Source of the DNA: an uncultured Candidatus Saccharibacteria bacterium
GTDB lineage: Bacteria > Patescibacteriota > UBA1384 > XYA2-FULL-43-10 > 1-14-0-10-43-13
NCBI GenBank assembly: GCA_964543385.1
Contig: CAZIYE010000001.1
Coordinates: forward strand, 630,001-662,000
Length of the DNA stretch: 32,000 nucleotides
Reading direction: 5' to 3'
Position 1 is the first letter of the stretch, and the number at the start of each line of letters is the position of its first letter. Of the stretch, positions 31,681 to 32,000 are shown one piece after another. Below the pieces are notes generated by a model. It saw only the letters and a program-made list of their open reading frames with translations. It had not been told where the DNA came from and did no database searches. A program made the translations under genes and the position numbers.

Positions 31681-31850
31681 TAAAAATATTGTAGATTTTT
31701 TAAAAAAAAGAGTGTAGAGTTAGAGCTGCAAGAGTGGTCGACCTTGCAGATTATATGACATAATTTGGATAGATTTAAATTAGGGTGCGTTCTGGTTCAT
31801 GCTAATTTGCTAAAATTTGGCTTTTGCGACTAATTTAATCTAAAGAAAAA

Positions 31851-32000
31851 ATGGATCAAGATAACAAGCATGAGGACTTTGCACCTGCAAAGCCCAATCA
31901 AAAGCTTTTCATTGGCGGGTTAGCATGGGCTGCAACCGATGAGGATCTAAAGAAGGCTTTCGAACCTTTTGGTGAGGTTGTAGCTGCTTCTGTTGTTCGA
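31851..32000 (+). CDS. RNA-binding protein with an RRM domain (5' part; continues beyond the window)
   Basis: Hand translation gives MDQDNKHEDFAPAKPNQKLFIGGLAWAATDEDLKKAFEPFGEVVAASVVR. KLFIGGL is the RNP2 motif. Not in the ORF track because no stop falls inside the window. Confidence 0.75.
   Translation, partial: MDQDNKHEDFAPAKPNQKLFIGGLAWAATDEDLKKAFEPFGEVVAASVVR

Noticed and set aside
28823-31736. Shared 11-mer CTGCAAGAGTG in two hairpins (28823 and 31726)
   Set aside because: My rough estimate (about 5e8 position pairs against 4.2e6 possible 11-mers) is that dozens to about a hundred exact 11-mer repeats arise by chance in 32 kb. The flanks share no similarity.

Overview
Low-GC bacterial chromosomal segment. 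Hand counts of 60-nt lines give 16/60 to 27/60 G+C, and I guess the mid-30s percent overall. It uses the standard genetic code: TGA is a stop at 8241-8243 and long ORFs are uninterrupted. Most genes have Shine-Dalgarno RBSs. The many small secreted or TM orphan proteins, the anaerobic enzymes (desulfoferrodoxin, class III RNR) and the compact operons suggest a small-genome anaerobe, possibly CPR/Patescibacteria-like. That taxonomic call is a guess.

Core content:
- a probable dnaG tail followed by rpoD
- an SDR and an ABC-2 exporter pair
- desulfoferrodoxin
- a CsoR-controlled copper operon (HMA-membrane-cupredoxin-like fusion plus CopA)
- a cold-shock protein
- tRNA-Asn
- an ArsR-gdh pair
- two paralogous secreted proteins
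- a Cys-rich four-helix-bundle (Csp3/YhjQ-like) protein, a FAS1 protein and a DUF456 protein
- a guanylate-kinase fusion protein
- nrdD-nrdG preceded by NrdR boxes and followed by a COG0701-type permease
- a YdjM-like hydrolase, a ZIP transporter and the start of an RRM protein

Metal and redox homeostasis genes are unusually dense.

Two accessory regions stand out:
1. 13.9-16.1 kb, the tRNA-Asn locus. It holds three copies of a near-perfect hairpin module, each preceded by a tRNA 3'-end-like fragment and bracketing single-gene units. It also holds a GIY-YIG gene whose insertion is flanked by a duplicated copy of the tRNA 5' end.
2. 27.4-30.2 kb, a compositionally foreign island. Sampled lines give about 53-65% GC, and the one ORF I translated in full has G/C-rich third codon positions. 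It carries six small genes: four unrecognisable ORFs, a canonical Nudix gene, and an HD gene with an in-frame stop near its 5' end.

I cannot assign a function to either region. They are the best candidates for something undescribed. No CRISPR array, rRNA gene or recognisable transposase or integrase is present.
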